Shown here: one piece after another, positions 16,769 to 25,105 of the stretch
How the letters are laid out: each line of letters opens with the position of its first letter
Numbering within the stretch: the first letter of the stretch is position 1
Assembly: GCA_965284305.1 (NCBI GenBank)
Contig: OZ260070.1
Coordinates: forward strand, 1,287,352-1,351,351
DNA from: Caulobacteraceae bacterium
Lineage (GTDB): Bacteria > Pseudomonadota > Alphaproteobacteria > Caulobacterales > Caulobacteraceae
DNA length: 64,000 bases
Direction: 5' to 3'
The notes under the pieces: model-generated
The model's input: only the letters and a program-made list of their open reading frames with translations
The model's database searches: none
What the model was told of the DNA's origin: nothing
Made by a program: the position numbers and the translations under genes

Positions 16769-17509
16769 TCACAACACCTCGCGCCGGGACAGGTGAACGG
16801 TCATCAGGACCAGGGCGACAAGGCCGAGCCCGCAACCCAGACCGAGGGCGGTGTTCACCCGCCAGGCCTCAGTGGCCAGCATGTTGACCGGCATCTGCCA
16901 GGGCAGGAAGACGCCCTGTTTTGCCGAGGTCGCAACGACCGCGAAAAACGTCCCCGCAATGCCCAGCACAAGGCCGGGCACGAAGCTGGCGAACCTGAGG
17001 GCCGTCCAGAGCTGGATCGCGATCAGCAGCAGGCCGGCGAGATACATGGTCCCCATCAGCCTTGCCGAGCCCGCGAGGTCGAACACGCCGGTGGCGGCCA
17101 TCTTGGGCTTGATCGCGCCGGCGAGGCTGATCCCGGCCCAGCTGAAGGCGATCACGGCGACGCTCATCAGGGCCACGACCAGCAGCACGCAGACCGCCTT
17201 GGCCGCATACAGACGCCAGCGAGGCAGCGGGAGGGCGCGCAGGTGATCCCAGCTGCGGGGGCCATGCTCCATATGGGCCACGAGAGCAGCGAGGGCCGTG
17301 ACACTCATCGGCATCATGAAGAAGGCCCAGACGCCCGCTGCGTTCATCATCCACATGTCCCAGGGTGAGGCATGTTTGGCGCGCAGGATCATGAAGAAGA
17401 GGAAGATCGCGATTAGGGAAGGCGCGGCGACGGCGAGCAGGGCCGCCAGGGAGCGGTTCAGCTTGCGGGTCTCGACGGCGAGGGGGGCGAAGAAGGGGGC
17501 GGCGGACAT
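16769..17509 (-). CDS. ABC-2 type transporter permease (6 TM)
   Basis: 246 aa, strongly hydrophobic. Its start codon overlaps the upstream ATPase gene's stop codon at 17509, which implies translational coupling. Confidence 0.75.
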   Translation of the reverse strand: MSAAPFFAPLAVETRKLNRSLAALLAVAAPSLIAIFLFFMILRAKHASPWDMWMMNAAGVWAFFMMPMSVTALAALVAHMEHGPRSWDHLRALPLPRWRLYAAKAVCVLLVVALMSVAVIAFSWAGISLAGAIKPKMAATGVFDLAGSARLMGTMYLAGLLLIAIQLWTALRFASFVPGLVLGIAGTFFAVVATSAKQGVFLPWQMPVNMLATEAWRVNTALGLGCGLGLVALVLMTVHLSRREVL

Positions 17510-18456
17510 CAGACCAGCTCCGGCTGCATGAGGGGTTGGGCAGGGGATGGGGCGGACACCTCGCGATAGATGCCCTCCAGCGTTCGCGCCTGCGGCCCGA
17601 TGGCGAACACGGCGATGTCGGCTGCGAGCAGGGCGCGGTTCAGGGCGGCCGAGGCGGCGCGGGCGTCCTCGCCGGGCTTGAGACCGGCGATGATCCGGTC
17701 GGGTGTACGGGTGACGGCGAAGCCATGGGCCGAGGCGAGGGCGGCGGCGCGCTCCGGATCATCGGTCTCGGCCGCGATCTCGGGGGCCAGCTCGGCCTTC
17801 AGCCGGGCCAGTTCACCCTCCAGCACCAGCCGCCCCTGATGGATGATGCCGACATGGGTGGCGGTCTGTTCGATCTCGCCCAGCAGGTGGCTGGACAGCA
17901 GCACCGTGGCCCCGGTCCGGGCCGGCAGTTCGCCGAGAAAGCGGCGCATGTCGGCGATGCCGTCCGGGTCCAGCCCGTTGGTCGGTTCATCCAGGATCAG
18001 CACCGGCGGTGCCCCCAGCATGGCGCGGGCCAGCCCCAGCCGCTGGCGCATGCCGAGGGAATAGTCGGAGACCCGGCGGCGGGCGTGTTCGGTCATCTCG
18101 ACCACCTCAAGAACCCGGTCGACCTCGCGCTTCGGCAGGCCGATCAGGGCGCGGGTCAGGTCGAGGTTCTCAGCACCGGACAGATTGCCGTAGAAGCCGT
18201 GCGCCTCCAGCAGGGCCCCGACCTGACGGGCGGCCCCCAGACGGTCGCGAACCACGTCGATGCCGCAGATGCGGGCCGTTCCGCTGCTGGGCTGGATCAG
18301 GCCCAGCAGCATCTTCAGAGTCGTGGTCTTGCCCGCCCCGTTGCGGCCGAGGAAGCCGTAGACGGCCTGATCCGGCACGGTCATCGATACCGCATCCACC
18401 GCCATCTGGCGTTTGAAGCGGCGGGTCAGGGCCTGTGTTTCGATCGCGTCAGGCAT
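17509..18456 (-). CDS. ABC transporter ATP-binding protein (ABC-2/DrrA-like)
   Basis: 315 aa with Walker A GRNGAGKTT, signature YSLGMRQRL and Walker B LILDEPTNGLD. Confidence 0.9.
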   Translation of the reverse strand: MPDAIETQALTRRFKRQMAVDAVSMTVPDQAVYGFLGRNGAGKTTTLKMLLGLIQPSSGTARICGIDVVRDRLGAARQVGALLEAHGFYGNLSGAENLDLTRALIGLPKREVDRVLEVVEMTEHARRRVSDYSLGMRQRLGLARAMLGAPPVLILDEPTNGLDPDGIADMRRFLGELPARTGATVLLSSHLLGEIEQTATHVGIIHQGRLVLEGELARLKAELAPEIAAETDDPERAAALASAHGFAVTRTPDRIIAGLKPGEDARAASAALNRALLAADIAVFAIGPQARTLEGIYREVSAPSPAQPLMQPELV

Positions 18457-18474
18457 CGTCGGTACTCTTGATCG

Positions 18475-18517
18475 TTTAAGTCAGACATAAAGTTGCAAAC
18501 CGAGCGTCTTTAAGTCA
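18475..18517. promoter_or_regulatory. direct repeat TTTAAGTCA x2 in an AT-rich divergent promoter region
   Basis: TTTAAGTCA occurs at 18475-18483 and 18509-18517, 34 bp apart. It lies between the ABC operon (minus strand) and the DUF2975/HTH operon (plus strand), so it is a candidate operator. Confidence 0.3.
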
Positions 18518-18538
18518 AGATTAAAGATAAGACAGACT

Positions 18539-19057
18539 ATGGACGCCGGAGCCCGACCCGTGAGCCAGACCGATATCGACCGCTTCCGCCGGCGCTGCGC
18601 CCAGTTCCGCTGGCTGGCCGTCTTCATGGTCGTCAGCGTGGGTGCCCTGATCGCGTTGATCCATGTGATCTCTCCGCTCGTGCTCTGGAGCCGCGGCGAG
18701 CCCGGCCATCCGCAGACCTTCTACCGGATGGCGCTCACGGGCCTGCCCGCCGCCTGCTATCTGTTCGGGGTCTGGTCGATTGGTCAGGCCATGGGACAGT
18801 TGGCCAAGGGGCGGTTGATCCAGCCGATCCTTGCTGACGCCCTGCGCCGCGTGGGTCTGGCCCTGTGGATCGGCGGCATGTTGAGCGTCTTCGTCCTCAC
18901 CAATGTCCTGCGCGTCGTTGGCCTGACCACGGGCGGGTATCTGCATTTCGACGTGCCCGGCATGACCCTGGGCATGATCGGTGCCGCCCTGTTCCTGCTG
19001 GGCCGGGTGGCGGATCAGGCGGGCCGGGTCCAGGCCGAACTGGACGAGATGATCTGA
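18539..19057 (+). CDS. DUF2975-like membrane protein
   Basis: 172 aa with 4 predicted TM segments. It is positioned immediately upstream of, and translationally coupled (TGATG) to, a small XRE-type HTH gene. This is the usual DUF2975/YozG arrangement. Confidence 0.65.
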   Translation: MDAGARPVSQTDIDRFRRRCAQFRWLAVFMVVSVGALIALIHVISPLVLWSRGEPGHPQTFYRMALTGLPAACYLFGVWSIGQAMGQLAKGRLIQPILADALRRVGLALWIGGMLSVFVLTNVLRVVGLTTGGYLHFDVPGMTLGMIGAALFLLGRVADQAGRVQAELDEMI

Positions 19058-19293
19058 TGCCGATCCGCGTCACCCTCGACCAGCTGATCGTCAGGAAGGG
19101 GTTGAAGGCTCGTGACCTTGCCGCCGAGGTCGGCCTCAGCGAGACCCAGCTGTCCCTGTTCCGCTCGGGCAAGGTGAAGGGCATCCGCTTCCGCACGCTG
19201 GCGAAGCTTTGCGCCGCGCTGGATTGCAGGCCCGGGGACTTGCTGGATTATGACTTCGATCCAGCGGACCTCGCCGTCGTGGACGAGGACTAG
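19057..19293 (+). CDS. helix-turn-helix transcriptional regulator (XRE/YozG family)
   Basis: 78 aa. The text LDQLIVRKGLKARDLAAEVGLSETQLSLFRSGKVKGIRFRTLAKLCAALDCRPGDLL is typical of the family. Confidence 0.85.
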   Translation: MPIRVTLDQLIVRKGLKARDLAAEVGLSETQLSLFRSGKVKGIRFRTLAKLCAALDCRPGDLLDYDFDPADLAVVDED

Positions 19294-19790
19294 CCGCCGA
19301 ACGTCACCGTCTGCGCCTGCGAGCCCGGCCGGAACACCACGGTCCGGGTCACGCCGTTGATCCGCACATTGACCTGCTGTTCCTGGTCGTCGTGGACGCC
19401 GGGGAAGAAGTCGAGGTCGATCGTGACGGCGGCGATGTCCCGGTCGGCTGTCTCGCCGGTGAAGGCCACGCGGACGTTGTCGCCCGCCAGATCGGTGGTG
19501 GCGTGGGTCACCGCGATGGCGGCACCGTCGATGTCCAGACGAAACCGCTGGCGCAGATGGGTTTCAAGCTCCGCCACGGCGCGCGGGTCGTCCAGGCTGG
19601 GCTGGGCCTCCGGAGCGATGGAGACCAGGGCCGGCTCGACGTCATGGGCAGCGAAGCGGTGCACCACACTGACCACGCCGGAGACGGGGTCGATCTCAAC
19701 CACCGTCAGGCCGGCATGGCCGCGATGGGCCAGGACCGGCGTGGCGAGGGCGGCGATCAGTGTCGCCGCGAGCAGCGCCCGCCGCATCAC
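19290..19790 (-). CDS. secreted hypothetical protein (DUF6702-like), predicted mature N-terminus HRGH
   Basis: 166 aa with the signal peptide MMRRALLAATLIAALATPVLA followed by HRGHAGL. The 4-nt ATGA at 19787-19790 is shared between this gene's start codon and the upstream M1 peptidase gene's stop codon. Confidence 0.6.
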   Translation of the reverse strand: MMRRALLAATLIAALATPVLAHRGHAGLTVVEIDPVSGVVSVVHRFAAHDVEPALVSIAPEAQPSLDDPRAVAELETHLRQRFRLDIDGAAIAVTHATTDLAGDNVRVAFTGETADRDIAAVTIDLDFFPGVHDDQEQQVNVRINGVTRTVVFRPGSQAQTVTFGG

Positions 19791-22204
19791 TGGGCGGCCG
19801 CCGCCGGGCGCCGAACCCGGGTCGCGGTCGAATCCGGGCTGACCTCGACGTCCGAGTCCCGCATCCGGTTCTCGCCGGGCGGCGGCGGCGGTGCCAGGCG
19901 CAGGGTCCGCTCGTCGATCTGGCGCGGGAACAGGTTGTTGGGGCGGTTGGCGTCTGCGGTCTCACGCAGGGGGTCGACCTCGGCAGAGACCAGGGTCTTC
20001 GATGACACGTGCTGCCAGATCACCTGCTGGGCGTTGCGCCGCCAGATTTCGGCGGGGATGCGGATCGTCTCGTCGGAGCCGTCCGACCAGGTCAACTTCA
20101 GGATGACCGGCATGACCAGCCCACCGACGTTGCGGAAGGTAAAGCGGTAGATGTTGTCGTCGAACCCTTGCGCCGCGCGGCGGTCGGCATCGGCCCGACG
20201 GGCGGCGCTTTCGGCGTCGCGGCGCTGCTGGGCCGTGGTCGTGAACCGGTCCGTCTCATTGTAGAAGTCCCGCGTCGCCGGATCGCGCTCAACCACGGTC
20301 TCGATGCCGCGGTTGTTCTCGACCGTGCGCGAGATCGGCTCCTGCTCGAACCGCTCGCGGGCCGCGCGGTTCCGTACCTCGGGATCGGCCGATTCCAGCG
20401 TCGCCGCCGTGACATTCTCCAGCGAAATGTCGACGTGGTCGGTCGAATAGAACCAGCCGCGCCAGAACCAGTCGAGATCGACGCCCGAGCTTTCCTCCAT
20501 GGTGCGGAAGAAGTCATAGGGGGTCGGGCGTTTGAAGGCCCAGCGCTGGGCGTATTCGCGGAAGGCCCGGTCGAACAGTTCGCGGCCCAGAATGGTCTCG
20601 CGCAGGATCACCAGGGCCGTCGCCGGCTTGGCATAGGCGTTGTTGCCGAACTGCAGCAGGGAGTCCGACTGGGTCATGATCGGCACCTGGTCCTGGCTGA
20701 TCATGTATTCGATGATGCTGGACGGCTCGCCCCGGGCGGGGAAGTTGGCGTCCCAAAGCTTTTCGGCCTGGAACTGCAGGAAGCTGTTCAGCCCCTCGTC
20801 CATCCAGGTCCACTGGCGCTCGTCGGAGTTGACGACCATCGGGAAATAGATATGCCCGACCTCATGGATGACCACGCCGATCAGGCCGTTCTTGGCGCGT
20901 TCGGTATAGGTCAGGCGGCCGTCGTCACCCCGCACCGGGCGCGGCCCGTTGAAGGTGATCATGGGGTATTCCATCCCGCCGACCGGGCCGTTGACCGACT
21001 GGGCCGTCGGATAGGGATAGGTGAAGGCGAACTGGTTGTAGACGTCGATGGTGTGGGCGATCGACCGCGTCGAATAGGTGTCCCAGAGCGGCCGGGCCTC
21101 CTTCGGATAGAAGGACATGGCCATGACCACGGGGTGCTCGGTGCTTTCCTGTTCGACGCCCATGGCGTCCCAGATGAATTTCCGGCTTGAGGCCCAGCCG
21201 AAATCGCGGACGTTGTCTGCGCTGAAATTCCAGGTGCGGGTGCCGGAGCGGGCAGGGCGGGCTTCGGCGGCTGCGGCCTCGGCGGGGGTCACGATATAGA
21301 CCGGGGCGTCGGCGGTGCGGGCCTGGGCCAGTCGCGCCCGCTGTTCGGCGCTGAGGATGTCGGTGTTCTGAAGTTCGCCGGTCGCCGCCACCGTGTGATC
21401 GGCGGGCGCAGTGATGGAGACGTCATAGTCGCCGAACTCGAGCGTGAACTCGCCGCCTCCCAGGAACTGGGCATTATGCCAGCCCTCATAGTCGGAATAG
21501 ACGGCCAGGCGCGGGAACCACTGGGCGGCCAGGAACAGGCAGTTGCCGTCCTCGCCGGGCTTGGTGAAACACTCATAGCCGCTGCGGCCGCCGACGACCC
21601 TGGTTTCGGGCAGAGGCAGGCTGAAGTCGATGGTGAAGCCGAAGCTCTCCCCGGTCGCCAGCGGGCGGGGCAGTTCGATCCGCATCATGGAATCGACGAT
21701 GGTGAAGGGCAGGGCCTGGCCGTCCGGGCCGGTCACCCGCAGGTCGTTGAAGCCGCCTTCCCAGGCTTGCATCCGCTGCACCCGCAGCACCTCATTGACG
21801 CTGACGGTGTCCGAGGCGGTGTAGGTCCGGCTGCGCTCCTCCAGGGAGCCGCGGCGATAGTTCTGCTGGTCCAGCAGCAGCCACAGATAGCCGAGGGCGT
21901 CGGGGGCGTTGTTGGTGTAGGTGATCGCCTCGCGGCCGGTCAGGGTGCGGCTGGCCTCGTTCAGGCTGACGTCGATGTCATAGTCGACCTGCTGCTGCCA
22001 GTAGCGATGCCCGGGGGCTCCCGAAGCGTTGCGGTAGTCGGTCGGGGTCGGCCAGTCCTCGCCCTCGAACTGGCGGAATTTGTCTTCGAACGTGCCCTTC
22101 GTCTGGTCGACCGGACCGACGCTCTGCTGCGCCAGGGCGGCCGTGGCCATCAGGGAAACGCCGGCGACCGACGCCAGCAACATACCGATCCGCATTCGAA
22201 ACAC
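19787..22204 (-). CDS. M1-family zinc metallopeptidase, secreted
   Basis: 805 aa with HEXXH (VIHEVGHIYF), the downstream Glu (WMDEGLNSF) and an N-terminal signal peptide. The start is either GTG 22204 or ATG 22195. Confidence 0.9.
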   Translation of the reverse strand: MFRMRIGMLLASVAGVSLMATAALAQQSVGPVDQTKGTFEDKFRQFEGEDWPTPTDYRNASGAPGHRYWQQQVDYDIDVSLNEASRTLTGREAITYTNNAPDALGYLWLLLDQQNYRRGSLEERSRTYTASDTVSVNEVLRVQRMQAWEGGFNDLRVTGPDGQALPFTIVDSMMRIELPRPLATGESFGFTIDFSLPLPETRVVGGRSGYECFTKPGEDGNCLFLAAQWFPRLAVYSDYEGWHNAQFLGGGEFTLEFGDYDVSITAPADHTVAATGELQNTDILSAEQRARLAQARTADAPVYIVTPAEAAAAEARPARSGTRTWNFSADNVRDFGWASSRKFIWDAMGVEQESTEHPVVMAMSFYPKEARPLWDTYSTRSIAHTIDVYNQFAFTYPYPTAQSVNGPVGGMEYPMITFNGPRPVRGDDGRLTYTERAKNGLIGVVIHEVGHIYFPMVVNSDERQWTWMDEGLNSFLQFQAEKLWDANFPARGEPSSIIEYMISQDQVPIMTQSDSLLQFGNNAYAKPATALVILRETILGRELFDRAFREYAQRWAFKRPTPYDFFRTMEESSGVDLDWFWRGWFYSTDHVDISLENVTAATLESADPEVRNRAARERFEQEPISRTVENNRGIETVVERDPATRDFYNETDRFTTTAQQRRDAESAARRADADRRAAQGFDDNIYRFTFRNVGGLVMPVILKLTWSDGSDETIRIPAEIWRRNAQQVIWQHVSSKTLVSAEVDPLRETADANRPNNLFPRQIDERTLRLAPPPPPGENRMRDSDVEVSPDSTATRVRRPAAAAQ

Positions 22205-22244
22205 CGTCCTTTACCTGAGAGCCCGGGCGGACCTTAGTTCATCC

Positions 22245-22257
22245 GTTATATTGTAAC
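22245..22257. promoter_or_regulatory. second candidate Zur box GTTATATTGTAAC
   Basis: It is 12/13 identical to the box at 5509-5521. It lies about 41 nt upstream of the M1 peptidase start, in an otherwise GC-rich spacer. Confidence 0.45.
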
Positions 22258-22306
22258 AAGGCGACGATGGCTGAGTCTGTGTGCTTCAACCGTCCCGCTG
22301 ACCGGA

Positions 22307-23488
22307 TCAGATCAGTTCCACCGCCACCGCCACGGCCTCGCCGCCGCCGATGCACAGGCTGGCCACGCCCTTCCTGCCGCCGCGCGCCTGGAGCGCCGCC
22401 AGCAGGGTGGTCAGGACGCGGGCACCCGAGGCACCGATGGGGTGGCCCAGTGCCGTGGCACCGCCATTGACGTTCAGCTTCGCCCGGTCGATGCCGAGGT
22501 CGCGCATGGCGATCATGGCGACGACGGCGAAGGCCTCGTTGATCTCCCACAGGTCGACGTCCTCGACCGACCAGCCGGCCTTGTTCAAGGCCTTCTGCAT
22601 GGCCGGCACCGGGGCGGTGGTAAACAGGCCCGGCTCATGGGCGTGGGCGGCGTGGCTGATGATGCGGGCGACGATGGGCAGGCCGAGTGCTTTCGCCACG
22701 CTCTCGCGGGTCATGACCAGGGCGGCCGCGCCGTCCGAGATCGAACTGGCGTTGGCGGCGGTGATGGTGCCGTCCTTCGAGAACGCGGGCTTCAGGGTCG
22801 GGATCTTCTCCGGCATGGCCTTACCGGGTTGCTCGTCCTCGGTGACCGTGACGACGCCCTTGCGCGAGGTCACCTCGACCGGGGCAATCTCGGCCTTGAA
22901 GGCACCAGAGGCGATGGCCTCCAGCGCACGGCTCAGGCTCTCCAGCGCATATTCGTCCTGGGCCTCGCGGGTGAATTGATAGGTGCGGGCCGAGTCCTCG
23001 GCGAAGGCCCCCATCAGCTTGCCGGGGGTGTAGGCGTCCTCCAGTCCGTCCATATACATGCTGTCGACGATGACATCGTGGCCGATCCGGGCCCCGCCGC
23101 GGTGCTTGGTCATCAGATAGGGCGCGCCGGACATCGACTCCATGCCGCCCGCCACGATGACGTCGGCGGTGCCGGCCAGCAGGGCGTCCGAGGCCATCAT
23201 CACGGCCTGCAGGCCCGAGCCGCACATCTTGTTCACCGTGGTGGCCTCGACATTCAGGCCGAGGCCGGCACCGATCGCGGCCTGACGCGCCGGGGCCTGA
23301 CCGAGGCCGGCGGGCAGGACGCAACCCATGTAGATCTGCTCGACCTTCGCCGGATTGATGCCGGCGCGCTCGACCGCAGCCCGTACGGCCGTCGCGCCCA
23401 GCTCGGTCGCCTTGACGCCGGACAGGGCACCCTGGAAACCGCCCATGGGCGTGCGGGCGAAGGAGACGATGACGACGGGGTCGGACAT
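22307..23488 (-). CDS. acetyl-CoA C-acetyltransferase (thiolase II)
   Basis: 393 aa. It has the active-site Cys region (VNKMCGSGLQ) and the C-terminal motifs NVNGGATALGHPIGASG and CIGGGEAVA. Confidence 0.95.
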   Translation of the reverse strand: MSDPVVIVSFARTPMGGFQGALSGVKATELGATAVRAAVERAGINPAKVEQIYMGCVLPAGLGQAPARQAAIGAGLGLNVEATTVNKMCGSGLQAVMMASDALLAGTADVIVAGGMESMSGAPYLMTKHRGGARIGHDVIVDSMYMDGLEDAYTPGKLMGAFAEDSARTYQFTREAQDEYALESLSRALEAIASGAFKAEIAPVEVTSRKGVVTVTEDEQPGKAMPEKIPTLKPAFSKDGTITAANASSISDGAAALVMTRESVAKALGLPIVARIISHAAHAHEPGLFTTAPVPAMQKALNKAGWSVEDVDLWEINEAFAVVAMIAMRDLGIDRAKLNVNGGATALGHPIGASGARVLTTLLAALQARGGRKGVASLCIGGGEAVAVAVELI

Positions 23489-23557
23489 GGAAAGGCTACC
23501 CTTGGGAGGAAGATTTGCGCGGCTGGATGGGCCGGGGCGGGCGGAAAGGCAAGAGGC

Positions 23558-24061
23558 TCAGGCGGCCTCTTCGTCGGCCCTTTCCCGGGGCATCATATCG
23601 CCGACCGTGGGACGGTTCTCGGCCCGGGTCAGCAGGATGTCGCGCGGTTTGACGATCTCGTTGCAGTGGCCGCAGGCGATGCGCGGTGCCAGGTCGTGGC
23701 CGCAGGCCTTGTGGATCATGGAGACGCCGGAATCGGCATCGCCATAGACATGTTTCGCACCCCAGCCGTGGAGGGTGACCAGGACCCCGTACAGGTCCTT
23801 GCCCTTGGCGGTCAGGACATATTCGTTGCGGGGCGGGCGTTCGGAATAGAGCCGGGGCTCCAGCACGCCATGCTGGACCAAACTCTTCAGCCGGGCCGCC
23901 AGCACATTGCGGGCGACGCCCAGCCGCTCCTGCCACTGTTCAAAGCGGCCGACGCCGTTGAAGGCATCGCGGATGACCAGCAGGGTCCAGGGGTCGCCGA
24001 TCACTTCCAGCGTCGCGGCGATCGAACAGCTCTGTCGTGAGTAATCAGCGGTGCGTCCCAT
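23558..24061 (-). CDS. HxlR-family transcriptional regulator
   Basis: CSIAATLEVIGDPWTLLVIRDAFNGVGRFEQWQERLGVARNVLAARLKSL is the HxlR winged-helix signature. I chose the internal ATG as the start. Confidence 0.85.
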   Translation of the reverse strand: MGRTADYSRQSCSIAATLEVIGDPWTLLVIRDAFNGVGRFEQWQERLGVARNVLAARLKSLVQHGVLEPRLYSERPPRNEYVLTAKGKDLYGVLVTLHGWGAKHVYGDADSGVSMIHKACGHDLAPRIACGHCNEIVKPRDILLTRAENRPTVGDMMPRERADEEAA

Positions 24062-24228
24062 CTTGCGAAAGTGACCCTGCGTCAGCCGTTTGGCAAGAGG
24101 GTTGCCAATCTGAACGGACTTGGTCAGTCTTGTTTGGCTACGGACGCGCTGCGGCGTTTCCGATCCCTTGACTTCGGGCGGAGGACTTCCGTCTTCCGCC
24201 CGCCTTTCCTGCACGATAGCAAGGCCCC

Positions 24229-25080
24229 ATGACCCAGCAGACCCTGGCCGAGGCCCTGTCCCTGAGCGACGATGGTGACGGCGGCCTGACCGCCCGCCTG
24301 ACCGGGGGCTTTTCGAACGCCCCGCAGTCAGCCCCGCAGGAGAGGGGCGCGCCGTTCGGCGGTCTGATGGCGGCCCTCGCGGCCGGGGCCATGCGTCAAG
24401 GGCTGGGCATTGAGACTCCGCTGCAGTCCCTGACCGTCCAGTACCTCGCTGCCGCCCGGTTTGAGGAGGCGCTCTTCACCCCGACGATGAACCGCGGCGG
24501 CCGGAACGTGGCCTATGCCTCGGTGACGGGCGGACAGGGCGACCGCGCGGCCATTCAGGCGCTGGGGACCTATGGCCGGGATGTCGCCGGGCCGGTGCTC
24601 ACGCCGCTGAAGGCTTCGCCGACCCCGGTTGAGGATCTGGACTCGACCCCGCTCGACGCCACCTTTGGCCCCTGGTTCACGCGCCACATCGATCACCGCT
24701 TCATCGCCGGTCCGAAACTGTTCGGCGAGAACGCCGGTCGGACGCCCGAGCTCGGCTGCTGGATGCGGACCATCGATGCAGCCCCGCTGGACGAGGCGAG
24801 GCTGCTGTTCCTGCTGGACGGCCTGTATCCGACCTATTTCACGGCCTTTCCCGCCCCGCCGAACATCTCGGCCAGCGTTGACCTTCGGGCCGATCTGTTG
24901 ACTGAACTCACGCCGGACACATCGCCGGAGGGCTGGACCTGGTTCCACTTCACCAGCCGCGACGTCGGCGGGGGCTGGGCGGTCGAGGATGGGGTGGCCC
25001 GGGCACCCGACGGCCGGCCGCTGGCACTGGTGCGGCAACGCAGGAAGCTGATGCCGATGAGGACGCCGCCCGAAGCCTGA
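24229..25080 (+). CDS. acyl-CoA thioesterase-like (double hotdog) protein
   Basis: 283 aa, a length consistent with a double-hotdog thioesterase. The TesB/4HBT_3-like assignment is from general resemblance of the translation, and no diagnostic motif was confirmed. It is divergent from the hxlR-like gene. Confidence 0.65.
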   Translation: MTQQTLAEALSLSDDGDGGLTARLTGGFSNAPQSAPQERGAPFGGLMAALAAGAMRQGLGIETPLQSLTVQYLAAARFEEALFTPTMNRGGRNVAYASVTGGQGDRAAIQALGTYGRDVAGPVLTPLKASPTPVEDLDSTPLDATFGPWFTRHIDHRFIAGPKLFGENAGRTPELGCWMRTIDAAPLDEARLLFLLDGLYPTYFTAFPAPPNISASVDLRADLLTELTPDTSPEGWTWFHFTSRDVGGGWAVEDGVARAPDGRPLALVRQRRKLMPMRTPPEA

Positions 25081-25105
25081 GCCGCGGCGGCGTCCTCCCG
25101 AACGG

